Part shown: in pieces, positions 23,715-35,500 of the stretch
Layout of the letters: every line of letters begins with the position of its first letter
Position numbering within the stretch: the first letter of the stretch is position 1
Made by a program: the position numbers and the translations under genes
Assembly (NCBI GenBank): GCA_010015585.1
Contig: ML975176.1
Strand: one strand, 5' to 3'
DNA: 64,000 nt
DNA from: Eremomyces bilateralis CBS 781.70
Taxonomy: Eukaryota
Notes under the pieces: generated by a model
What the model saw: the letters and a program-made list of their open reading frames with translations, nothing else
Told to the model about the DNA's origin: nothing
Database searches by the model: none

Positions 23715-25836
23715 ATGTCGACACCTCTACCCAGCAATCCCATGGGATCCCCCTTCTTCGATGAATCCGCTTCAACAGACGCGACATTGGCAGAAGGGCC
23801 AAGTTTCCCTCGCGGAAGCACAGTGTCTTCAAGAATATCCAACATTCTATCGGTTTCATACGCTGACCAAGCCATCCGCGATGCCCTTCAAACGTTGCAG
23901 TCGCGTGGTGCATCCGACTACAACCAAGTTCGCCGGCATTTCTACCATGATGTGCAGAAGGAAACCATTCAATGCAATGCGGAAGTGGTCCAGGATTTTG
24001 GGAAAATAGCTGTGGTGAGTGCCCCAACCCGATCTCGTTGGAAACCGAAACTTAGAATACGAGGACCTCCATAAAATCGGCGAACTCGTCGCCGTTCTCC
24101 GGGAGCGATGCACGGTTATGCGAAACGACCTAGATGTTTCTCGGTCGGAAATAAATCCAGTCCTCAAGGAGTCGAAAGACCTCCTTGAAAAAAGCTCGGA
24201 AGTGGAACAGAAACGGGATCTTTTGGACGCCACCCAGACCCATTTCATGGTCCATGAACTTTCCGACATCTCCGCCAGTATTCCACCAGGTGCACCAGGT
24301 GATGAATTTTTCGAGAAGATCGTTCAAGTGAAGCGTATCCGACGCGACTGTCAGGTACTTCTTGGAGCCGAGAACCAATCCCTCGGCCTTCAGATCATGG
24401 AGCAGGCTTCCAAACGGCTCAATGGACTTTTCCAATCGCTGTTCAATTGGGTACAAAGGGAGTTTAAGACTCTGGATTTAGAAAACCCACAGATCAGTGC
24501 GGCGATTAGGCGGTCATTACGTGCCCTCTCCGAGAGACCCAGCCTTTTCCGAAGCTGCCTTGACGCCTTTTCGGTCTCGCGTGAGGCGGTTCTGTCCGAC
24601 TCCTTCCATGCCGCCTTAACCGGGTCGGTAGGAGGAGACCAGAAGCAGCCCTCGAAACCGATTGAACTGATCGCACACGAACCCATTCGGTATGCTGGAG
24701 ATATGCTCGCTTGGATCCATTCGGCGACGGTTTCGGAGCGAGAGGCCCTGGAAGCCCTGTTCATTGGGGAAGGCAGGGAAATTGCGAAAGGCCTTGAGGC
24801 CGGGCGGGATGACGACCCATGGTCGGTTGACGAAGAAGGCGTCGTTTTTGATCCCCGAACCGCATTAGCCGAGCTCGTGGACCGGAATTTAAGTTCGGTT
24901 GCCAGGCTATTGCGACAGCGGGCCGAACAAGTCATTCATAGTCACGACGACCCGGGGGTTGCCTTCAAGATCGCTAACCTGGTCGCATTCTACAGAAGCA
25001 TATTATCGAAGCTCCTTGGTGGAGAAGGATCGGTTGCGGACACACTACGTGCTATCGAAACTTCCGCGAATCGGCAGTTCAAAGCCGGGGTCCGGGACCA
25101 CATCGCTGCTTTGGAACACGAGAAACAGGTTATCCCGGATCACTGTGCCCCCCCTGAATTTCTGGCCGATGCTTTGAGACTGATCGGAGAATTAATGATC
25201 ACTGTGGACACATCCATTGACGCATCTGGCCATGAGGAACAGATTAGCGAGTCGGTCTTGGAGGAGGCTCTGGATCCCTTCCTCGAACATAGCAAAGCCA
25301 TCTCGAATCATGCGGAGAAGCCGGACCGCCAGGTGTTTGCTTTGAACTGTCTCTTGGCCACAAAATCCGCGCTCCAGCCGTTTAGCTTTACGAAGTCAAG
25401 ACTCGGCAAAATCAAGCAAAGCCTCGAGGGAATCTCACGCGAGCTTACAGACTACCAATATTCTCGTTTGCTTGAATCCTCCGGCATCATGCCACTCATG
25501 GACGCGCTGAATCGCTTCAGCGACGCTGATAGGAGGCTACTATCAGCGTTAGAGCTTCCTATCCTTCAACCGCAGAGCGTCCTCGAGATCGGCCAGCAGC
25601 TGGACGACTTTCTACCGTCCGCGTTAATGGATGCCACGGAGATCATTCGGGATCTACGAGACCCCGACCTGGCACGACAGATCACGGAGGAAGCGGCGGA
25701 GTTGTTTTGCGAGGATTTTGAGCAGCTGGAACATAAGATATCGACCATTGAGGAGCAGGCTGAATCGGCAGGGAGACCAGGGCTGAGACAAGTATTTCCT
25801 CGAACCACTGCTGAGATTCGGGTTCTATTGAGTTGA
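23715..25836 (+). CDS. COG6: Conserved oligomeric Golgi complex subunit 6
   Basis: ISNILSVSYAD..IRDAL, KPIELIAHEP.RYAGDMLAWIHS and C-terminal FPRTT.EIRVLLS. Intron 24015-24063. Confidence 0.92.
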
Positions 25837-25962
25837 AAGGTTCGAACCTCCCAATATAATTTCATCCACAACCATTATGCGTCAATAGTCATGAAGCACC
25901 AAACTCGACTAGTGATGCTGGAAGTAACGTCGCATGGTTGCCAAACACCCTAAGTCAAGACA

Positions 25963-26333
25963 TCATGACGATTGATTGCGCTTCTCCCACTGCTCTGGAG
26001 TAAAGCACTTCGGTGTCCACGCGTGAATGGCCGCAATCTCTTCCTTCAAGGCCGAATTAACCAGCCGATGTCGGGCCAGGGTAGTCTTCTTGGTGAACTG
26101 TTCCGATACTATGGTGGCCTCGAACATCTGACCGCATCCGCCTTGAACTTGGGTTAGAACGTACGCTTTCCATACGGTATCTCTGCCGCATACGTACCTG
26201 ACATGTCCTTAATCTCAACGAGTGATGCGCCCAGAGTTTCCTTCAGCTTTTGCGCCAGGCTTTCTGCGGTTACGCCGGAGTGGTTCGTTGCAGGATCCGC
26301 GGCAGAAGACGGATCGCTGGGCATAGAGGCCAT
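25963..26333 (-). CDS. BOL2: BolA-family protein (Bol2/Fra2-like)
   Basis: Exon 1 ...L.ASLVEIKDMSG, an intron, then GCGQMFEATIVSEQF...RHRLVNSALKEEIAAIHAWTPKCFTPEQW and TGA at 25965-25963. Confidence 0.85.
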
Positions 26334-26662
26334 TTTCAGAAATGTCGAAACTTTGGATGCTAAATTTGGACAAATCAAAGGCAAAACACCGCTGTTCAAA
26401 ACATTGGTCTAGATATGGTTGGATAACCAGCAAGTTTTGCTCATCCTTCAATTCCGTTCATGTTGATGATGATGTTATTATGATGCCTGAGGCATAGATT
26501 TTGCCAATTCCCAGTGTGCAGATGTCGATTATTCGGCCGCAAAATCATCGTCCATTGCATCATTTCAACGTTTTCTTAGACGCGAACATATTTTACTAAC
26601 GAAGGTTCCTTACGCTCTAGATAGCAAAGGAATATATAATCATTCGTTTGGCGGATGAACTT

Positions 26663-28066
26663 ATGTTGGGTCGTGTCTACCGCCAGTATTCCACAATGAT
26701 GTCGTCCCAAACGGCCCCTTTTTCCAAAGCAGTGGTCAGTGCCATGCGCAAATTGTAGGTCAATGTTCAGCGGGATCGTATAAACCATAGGACTAAGAAT
26801 TTTTAGGTATCCTGAAAGACTTGCAGACAAGAGCTGGGATAACACTGGACGTACGACGGCTTAGGCTACGACTCCTATTTCAAGACATGAAGTTGACGAT
26901 CCTACGTAGTGCTCCTGGAAGCGCCGTATAACCCTCAAAGACGGCAGCGCAACTCTGCTTTACTGACCGTAGACTTGACGAAAGCCGTCGCCGACGAGGC
27001 GATCGAGACGAAACAGTCGATTGTTGTGGCGTATCGTGCGTCCGCCTGCCCTGCTTTTGCACCGCGTCCCCACTAAGAAAGACAGATCCGATAATATTTA
27101 AAGGACTGAAAGCGTTGAGTCTTGGCGACAGCCAGCAACAGTCGCTACTGCGCCTGGCCACGGAAGGGATAAGTGTATGCCTCCGTTGCTGTCCGCGATC
27201 TTCATCCAGCGACTGACCGCTCTAGGTTTACTGCCCTCACACCGCCGTAGACGCCGCTAGCGGAGGCCTAGGCGACTGGTTGGCAGATATAGTAACCGGC
27301 GATGCGATCGAGCAACCGCCACAGGAGCTACTACAAGGCTCTCCCGTCGAAGGACCACCGTCAGTCCCGCCAGGCGAAGAGACGGATCCATTCGTCCTCC
27401 CCCAACGGCCATCCTTCATTCTTCAACCCCATCCTTCCGGGCTGAAGTTTATCCAGCGCGATTTAAAGCTGTATGTATACCGGTACCATATTTGAGCATC
27501 ATCTGACACCCCCGAGCGCGTCGATCCCACACACCCGCTCTGCAATCAAGCCGAACGAGGACCCCTCATCCCCTGGCGCAGGGATGGGTCGAGTCGTCCG
27601 CTTTGCCCAGCCACAGCCGCTCGCGCATTTGATCGACCGCATCGCCCGAGGCTTGGGCCAGCCAAAAGGCTTCCCCGTCGCCATCCCCCAGGGAACCGCG
27701 ATCGAGGACATCTCGATCCGGAGCGTCGGCATCTGCGCGGGCAGTGGCGGATCGTTATTTGCGGGCTTGGACGTGGATTTGCTGTTTACCGGGGAATTGT
27801 CGCACCACGAGGCACTGGCCGCCATCGAAAGAGGGCAGTCGGTAGTGACGATGTTCCATTCGAATACGGAACGAGGGTTTCTGCATTCGGTACTGAGTAA
27901 CCAGCTGTTACAGGCGGTGCGGGAGGAATGGGAGACGATTCGGAGCGGGATAAGAGAGGATGGGCGTCTGGAAGAGGCGTTGAAGGATACATCCGTCGAA
28001 GTGGAAGTTAGTGAACGCGATAGGGACCCTTTCGGGCTGGTCATTGCGCAGTCTGCCGGGGGATAA
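26663..28066 (+). CDS. NIF3: NIF3/YbgI-family protein (multi-exon)
   Basis: YPERLADKSWDNTG.LLE, LLTVDLTKAVADEAI, AYHPIIF, PHTAVD, GMGR, VGICAGSG, TGELSHHE and HSNTERGFL motifs. Confidence 0.9.
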
Positions 28067-28250
28067 TTCCCGCAATGTGAGCTTGGTATCAAAACGTTTC
28101 GACGTTCTCTAATTAAGAGGGATACAGAGTCTATGTTATAGATAGCCCACGAGTTGTGCATGCGCGCTTGTGATATGGACAAGATGAAACAGGTAAAACA
28201 TCATACGCTTGAACGCTGCAGGCCGGACGCCCAACCAATGCCATTATTAT

Positions 28251-29659
28251 TCATGGGGGTAAAACCACCGGCTTCCCGCCAGCAGGACGATACTCTTCGT
28301 CGTATGCCCATTTTGTCATACGATCCACGATCCTCGCACACAACGGATCCACCGTCTTCGTCCACACCAGCGCCAACCGGTAAGTTATGACGAAAAAGAC
28401 GACCACGGAGGCCGCCATATGCAGACTCGATCCACGCTGCAAGTCCATCTGTTCCCCGGTCTGCTCATTGACGGGAGGATTCAGCGCGCTCGGAAGGTAG
28501 ATCAGCCATGTGAGGACGGTCTTCATGAGCTGGTTGTGGATGAGGTACACGGGCAGGCTGACGCGGCCGAGGAAGTTGAAGAAGCGGTGGGAAAGAATCC
28601 GCCGTGCGTTCGGAGAGGAGTAGACGCCCAGAACTATCAAACACGCGCCAATGGAATCCCAGTATTTGCGAATGTCCGCTTCGGCGGGAGTAATGGGAGA
28701 CATCATGTTGACCATGATTCGGGTCCATGCGGTACGGTCTGGTGCGTCCTGAGGGAAACTGCAGAGGAATAGCCCGAGGACAAGGGAGATTATAGGAAAC
28801 GGCGCGGGTAAGAGGGCGGCGTCAGCGCCGACTTCGACATGCAGGTCCGCTAAGAGCATGCCAAAGGCGACATTCATGGTCTTTTGAGCTATTCGTAGGT
28901 CAGCATGGTTGAAGGCTTTTCATAAGATACTAGAAGCCTAGGACTCACCTGTGCCGGCAATCCATCCATAAAAGTAGACCGCAAGGAACCCGACTCTCCT
29001 GGCCTTGGGAGTAACTGGGAGGGTAGCCAGAAGTGTCAAGTACACAATCATGCTCCCTTCGAGTAATACAATCATGGCCCATTGAATCCCATCATATTCA
29101 TTCCACCCCTCCGTCCAGGTCGAGGCCTCCGCATGGAAGAGGCTGTAAATAGCCGAGGAGATCGATGTGCCCGGGGCGTGATAACCCTGGCGGATCCAGG
29201 TCGCATCGATATGTTTCCCCATCTTATAAGCACCAACGTTGGCTAGCCCCCATGAAATCAGGGTGGCAAAGAATGCCGGTAGGATGAGTTGCGCTGGTCG
29301 CTTCAAGGCGTTTTTCGATAGACCTGAAAATGCAACGTCCACGCCGGCCGCCTTTGCTTTGACCAGCGGTCCCAGCGTATTCACATAGCCTGTTATCAGG
29401 AAGAAGAGAGCCACCGCTGCACGCCCGGCGATGAGGAGTCGAAAGAAGGGGAGTTGCATGAGGGTGGGGGGTTCGTCTGCGGCATTCGACGGGGCGTGGA
29501 TTTCGGGAGCGAACGCGGTGAGGACATGACCGCTGACAACGATGAATGCCGCAATGCCTCGCAATCCCTGGTCATTGTGAGCGTCACGATCTAATCGACT
29601 CAGAACCTTTCCTAATTGCTCACATCTACCCAGTTGGATTCCCTCGAGTTGGAGGCCAT
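28251..29659 (-). CDS. Acyltransferase-3 (OafA/Cas1-like) membrane O-acyltransferase
   Basis: ATG 29659 MASNSRESNWVD|GLRGIAAFIVV.GH, AVALFFLITGYV, FLGRVSLPVYLIH and multiple TM helices. Two introns. Confidence 0.85.
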
Positions 29660-30635
29660 TGCGTATGCAAAAACACCTATCTAATACTTCCGCTAGAAAG
29701 CACTGAAATATCCGAAGCCGGCTCAAGGAGGAAAATATAGGTAGAAGGTTCCAGATAGAAATGCACACAGGCTTTGAACGCGTTTGTAGAGGCACTTAAA
29801 GCATCAAGCCAATATTCCGACGTCGAAAACAGGTCCTAGCGATAGTAGCGAAAATGTACCGGTGTACGCGGTTCGGAGTTTGCTCATATCCCTTCTGGCC
29901 TCCTCTCCTCTTCTCTCATCCCCCGCTGACCTCGCAGCAAATGAGTGAAGGGATGTATCGCAACCGGGCTCATGGACTCCGTCGATATGGTAATATTCCA
30001 GGGCCGCAAGGTAGTCAGACGATGACGTGTTCGCGGTCGTCGAATTCATGCAAGGAGTATGCTGGGAGTAGGAATTCGGATAGCGGAAGTCGTAAATAAC
30101 GAGGACTGAGTAGTAGATCGGGGGATTATTATTATAATAAGGGTCGAGGTATCAAGAAACGAACTCAACACCAAAAATCCAAAACAAAAGAGCTGAGGCT
30201 GTGACAGCCAAAGTCGAAGAGAAATTCGTTGGCGAGGCTTACATCCTATTAAGAGGTACGTACATCGCCAATTCGCCATTCCCCGGCCCAGCCTGGCTGT
30301 TAGCCTGTTACTTATACATAATGAGTGGACACGGAGGATGGAGGCTTGGAGGATTATTGAATACATTTCAGTGGCTGATCCATACGTCCACAAGCGTGTT
30401 GCCCCTGGACCCCGCCCGCATGCACAGGACTTTCTGAGATCAGGATCGGCAATCGGACGCGAATCATGCGATCGGCCATTGGCCGGATTAGTTCGGGAAA
30501 GTTCAGGAAAATCGGGGAATCCGGAATAAATGCCTGTTCGAAAGTCGAAACGATAGCTGGAACTTGTAGAGTAAGGAGGAGGATAGAAGCGGTTTGTGGA
30601 ACAGTCACGTGGTCAAGCTGAGGAGTTCAATTGCC

Positions 30636-31333
30636 TTACATTAGCACGCTCAGGCCATTGTGGTAGTGCCTGAGGCAACTAACCGCACTATACCAGACCT
30701 AATTAGCAAGGTTCTCTACCAAGTAGCCTGAGGATCATGTCATTGATTTTTGGCCCAAGTCGAGATCGTTTGTATGAGAGCAATTTAACTACTTCAACTT
30801 CGTTTTTCTCCACAACGAGCCGTCGCACAGTAAAATTGATACGTTCAATCGAATCCTCTATCGTTTCTTGACAGCCCAGTGAAATTTAGGCGATGTCAGA
30901 TCGAACCTCCTCTCGGCGCAGCGTACGACTGGACCCAACGTCTCCCGAGAGCAGAGAATAGCTACGAACTGGTGCTTCGACTGTGGTGGTTGGTTGACGA
31001 TTCTGACGCAGTCTGGTTTTTTACATATCAGCGTTTTTTGCAAGACACAAGCATCCGAAGTGGAAAAAAATTCAATTTCTAGATGAAGTATACCTTGCTG
31101 CACAGTCCAGTGAATTTAAGGGCAAATATAAGAAGTCCTCGTATTGTTATTGAAGAATATGCAAAAGTGAGGTTTCCAAAATCGTGCAAAACACATGTAA
31201 ATTATCGAACAGTCAGTGTGAACCATTGACAGAATCCTCAGGCTATTTGTTCGAGAACTGCATTGACCGATTAGGTATAGTGTGATTTGTTGCCTCAGGC
31301 ACGACCACAAATAGCCTGAGCTTGCTGAGGTAA
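30636..31333. mobile_element. Non-autonomous (MITE-like) derivative of the Academ family
   Basis: Imperfect ~105-bp inverted termini (30636-30741 vs 31228-31333) homologous to 4571-4680. The internal remnant ATG at 30893 (MSDRTSSRRSVRLDP) resembles the transposase start, at a matching distance from the end. Confidence 0.75.
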
Positions 31334-31431
31334 GCCATTTGTTCGAGGAGTGCATGTGACTCTACCGATTAGGTATAGTCCACTCCGGTGCCTTGGCACG
31401 ACCACAAATGGCCTGAGCTTTGCTGAGGTAA
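31334..31431. repeat. Additional, 5'-truncated Academ terminal copy in direct tandem with the MITE end
   Basis: Differs from 4585-4680 by only 5 substitutions and 2 single-base insertions, and ends ...gctgaggtaa. Confidence 0.85.
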
Positions 31432-32517
31432 GAGTCAATAGAATAGAAGGAGGTAATCACGTGGTAAGGGCGCAACCTGAATGACCTGAATCATCCAGCA
31501 GCAGATCTAAAGAGATCAAGAGAGATATCTGAGGAAGGACTAAGGAAAAAGGTCAATGTGCGACACTATTGGTAAGGGAATATTTCGTACTACCGATGGT
31601 GGGGATACGGATATATTATACTTTATTATATCCTGTAGAAACAGAATCCGGGTGACTGACGGCTGCCCAAGTACGTCGAATCCTCCGTACAAACATGAAC
31701 TGATGTTTGAGGCTTCTCATTGTCCACTGAAATCCAGACCTGTCTCTCTGATCTGCTGTACAGATAATCAGCCCAAGCTTGCTAGGTCCTTACTCCGTGT
31801 AAGGTACTAAATTCAACATTGGAGTATCAGGGAGGTCAAGTGAATGGAATTTACCACGTAAATATTAGGGAATTGGAAGTGAAGTTATGTACAATTCACC
31901 TCTCCCACTATTCCTCTCTATGCCTCATGACTACTCCGTACACCACCGCAGTCCGCAGTGCAGTATACTAGTGCAGGAACAAGACGTCTTCCAGCTTCTT
32001 ATTCTCATTCTAATTCCCGGATGATTATATCTTTCTTACCCGTAACTGTCACAAGTCAACAAACACCATAAAGTCATCGAGTCCAAAGTATTATTATGAT
32101 AAATAATTATGACCAGACCGGGACGGACCCTCACATTTCTGCCCCAGGTCCCCACACAGACATTACCATAGCACCTCCACAGCACCAGCTCACCTCTCAC
32201 TCGCTGTGTCTGCTCCATCGTCTCACTCCCCGTTCATCTTAGGTCTAGTTCTGTAGTTCTCTAGGTCTCCATCACGACTTCACCTCACCTTAACCCCATC
32301 GACAACAGAATTGCGCCCGCAGTTTCTCCGACAACACGAATCTTGACCAGATCCGATTAACCCTTCTGCTGATCCCGCCGCCCGCAGCCTCTTCCCGCCC
32401 GCTGCTGCGACTGCTTGCCATGCCGATGTCGTGACGTGCAGTTCTCCGCATATCGACATCACCTCCGCCCTCATCCTATTTCCTTCGCATGGCCGCCTCC
32501 CCATCCATTCACCCGTC

Positions 32518-35500
32518 ATGACGAGGGAAGAGAATGCCGACCGCCACGGGTCGACTACGAGCTCGGGTGCCGACAGCTGGCGCTCTTCAGATACCGTCAA
32601 GGGCTTCTTCGCCGGCCAGAAGCGTGATCGAGCCACGCCGATGAAGGTCGCTACGGACAAAGAAAGAAAGTATGTACTCTCTTTCCGCTTGTTGCATTGA
32701 TGCATTCCGGCCTCCGGGAGACCTATGCACGACCGCGACCGAGCCATCAATTGTTTCTTTGTCACTTGTCACTTGTCACACAGCTTGCGTCGAGCTGGTG
32801 CGCCCCGTCCATCCAAACCTCGATCGTCCACCACACCGCATCTGTGTCTTGCGCATCGTGGCCGTGCATGTGCCATTGTCGCTAAGCTTTGAACATACGT
32901 ATTCGATGGTTTAGACATTCACGCTCTCGTCAATCGCGTCCCGGCACGGCCAGCGATGGCTGAATGACCCATCGACTTTGGAAATCTGCAAGAATCATTG
33001 TTTCGGTATATCCCGCTGACTCTAAGGCATCGCAGTCACGAAAAAGACCTCGAGATCTCTCCCGGTTCGCAAACTCCTCACCGTTCCTTTTTGCGAAGCC
33101 CTGTCCCGTCGAACTATTATCCATGGGAGTCCGGTAGAGCGTCCGATTTCAACAACTACCGCAAAGACCTCGCCGTGCTCGAAAACGGTCCCAGAGTGCC
33201 ATCCATCTCTCGACAGCCGCCGTCCGCCCCTTCCCCCAACTCGCAGTGGTCCACGAACGCCGGACAATCCGTCATGCCGACCAGTGTCTTCGGAAACAGT
33301 TTCTATGATGACTCCAACGAGGATATCGCCCAATTGTCGCCGGGCTTTCGGCCTGGGAGCAAGGATGACGATCCGGGGTACGAAGGTGAAGTGCGCCGGC
33401 CGTCGGTAGCCAGTCAGAATACCGCCGGAAGCTCCGGGTCCAAGACGTCGAGCCACAGCCGCAGTTTCCACAAGAAGCTTCACGGTTTCTTCGGCGACGA
33501 GTACGCGGAAGCCGTGTCTCGACAGAACTCCCAGACCAGTCTTCCCCCGGGAGCATTGTACTCGTTCGCTGATTCCTCGCAATCGCGTGCGCGCCACCGG
33601 AACAATTCGTTCAACCATATGGGGGTCGGCAGCCGACCCGCTTCGCCAAGAAGTCATTCTCGCCCACGAACGCCCCTGCCCTCGAGCGAGGTGACGCCAT
33701 GGGAGTTCCAGGATATGAAGGAACCGCCTGCTTCAACGGATCGTCGAACTATTAGCTCCAATGATTCGAACCGCACCGCGAGACCCTCCATTTCGACCGG
33801 CCACAAATTGCATCTCCCGGGACATCGTCACAGCAGAAGCAAAGAAGACCACAAGGTCTCCGACCCCGATCAAGCCCTCCAACCACGCCCACGAACCTCC
33901 CGGGAAGGCTCCGTGCAGAATTTGCGCCGTGCCGACTACCCACTCCCAAACCTCCCCAACACCAACTCATCGTTCAATTCAAAAACGTCGCTCGCACCCC
34001 GCGCAGCGAGTCCGACACCGAGCGCACACAGCGGTATCGGAAGAGATGCTCAGTCGCAGCGATCCCCAAGCGTGAACGGCGCGGCGTCGAAACGCTCGAT
34101 TCTCGATAAATTCCGACGCAAAGGGGGAAACGAGCGAACGGACCGGCAAGGTAGTGAGGCACTGAGAGACCTGCCGTCATCCAGCACCTCACTTCAGCAG
34201 TCGTTGAAGGCTGGACGAGGACCCGAATTCGCACAGCCCGGTCCGAAAAGGAAGGGCACGGTCTCTGAATTCCCGACCAACGGACGAGCCATGAGTACCT
34301 CCAAGGAAGCGCAGAAGCGCGACCACCACCGGTTACCGTTTGTGGGGTCGAAGAAGGGTCAGGAGATCAAAGAGGCACAGAAGCCCCGGGATCCGAACGT
34401 CGCGCGCTCGGACGCTCAGAATGCATCGCTGTGGTTTCTCGACACTGATTTGAGCAACTTAACTGACATCATCAACCCCCACCCGGCACCCATGACCCCT
34501 CCTGGGAACGACTCCAATTCCGCGCCGTGGGCTGGGGAGGAGCCGCCTCCTGAGTCGAAAGAAGAAGAACCAAATCATGGAGGTTGGGAAGCGCCGGAGT
34601 CTTGGGCAGTGAAGAACCAGGCCGACGAGAATCTCGGACGCTTGAGGGAGTTGGACGATAGTGGGTTCCCGACCAGCGACGATCAGGGGACTTCATATGG
34701 TGCTCGTATATTCCGGCACGACTCGACCTTCATGACCGTGTCGTTACCCCTTAATGCCACAGTCAACGACATCATCCAGATGGTAGGGAAGCGAACCGTT
34801 CTGCAAGACGAATTGAACAATTACCATATCGTGATGAAAAAACACGATACATCCCGACAGCTCGATCCCCAGGAGCGGCCGCTCGCCATTCAGAAGAGGC
34901 TGTTGGAGCAAGCCGGATATACCGACATCGATCGCATCGACGAAGTCGGTCGTGAGGACAACAGCTACTTGTGTCGTTTCATATTCCTTCCAGCGAAAAT
35001 GACCGGCTACTCCACCTTAGACAAGGACGACCCCGGCTTCAACAAGATGCAGAAATTTAACCATATTGATCTTTCCGGGAAGAATCTCATCACCATCCCC
35101 ATCACGTTGTACCAAAAAGCTAACGAGATCGTCTCTCTCAACCTTTCCCGCAACCTCTCCCTCGATGTCCCGAAAGATTTCATCCAAGCGTGCGTGAACC
35201 TGCGCGATATCAAGTACAGGGGTAACGAGGCATGGAAACTGCCACCGAGTTTGAGCCTAGCCAACCGCTTGACCATGCTCGATCTATCCAACAACCGACT
35301 GGAGCAACTGGAACATGCAGAGCTGTACCAACTGGAATCACTGCTTGGTCTGAAATTGGCGAACAACCGGCTAACGCATCTGCCAACGTACTTTGGACAA
35401 TTCCGGTTCCTTCGAAGTCTCAACCTTTCATGTAATTCACTGACGGAGTTTCCCGACTTTTTGTGCGACCTCAAGAACATGGGAGATCTGGATATCAGCT

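Noticed and set aside
25838..25851. aggttcgaacct T-arm-like palindrome just after the COG6 stop
   Set aside because: Upstream sequence is COG6 coding with no acceptor, D or anticodon stems, so it is not a tRNA.
31228..31431. Tandem palindromic ~100-bp units as a CRISPR-like array
   Set aside because: Eukaryotic context, only two units, no spacers and no cas genes; explained as transposon ends.
30605..31469. tcacgtggt occurring on both outer sides of the MITE region as a possible long TSD
   Set aside because: The copies are 20-25 bp away from the termini, not abutting them; more likely E-box-like motifs or chance.
32759..32779. (ttgtcac)x3 in adenylate cyclase intron 1
   Set aside because: Short simple repeat with no further support for function.
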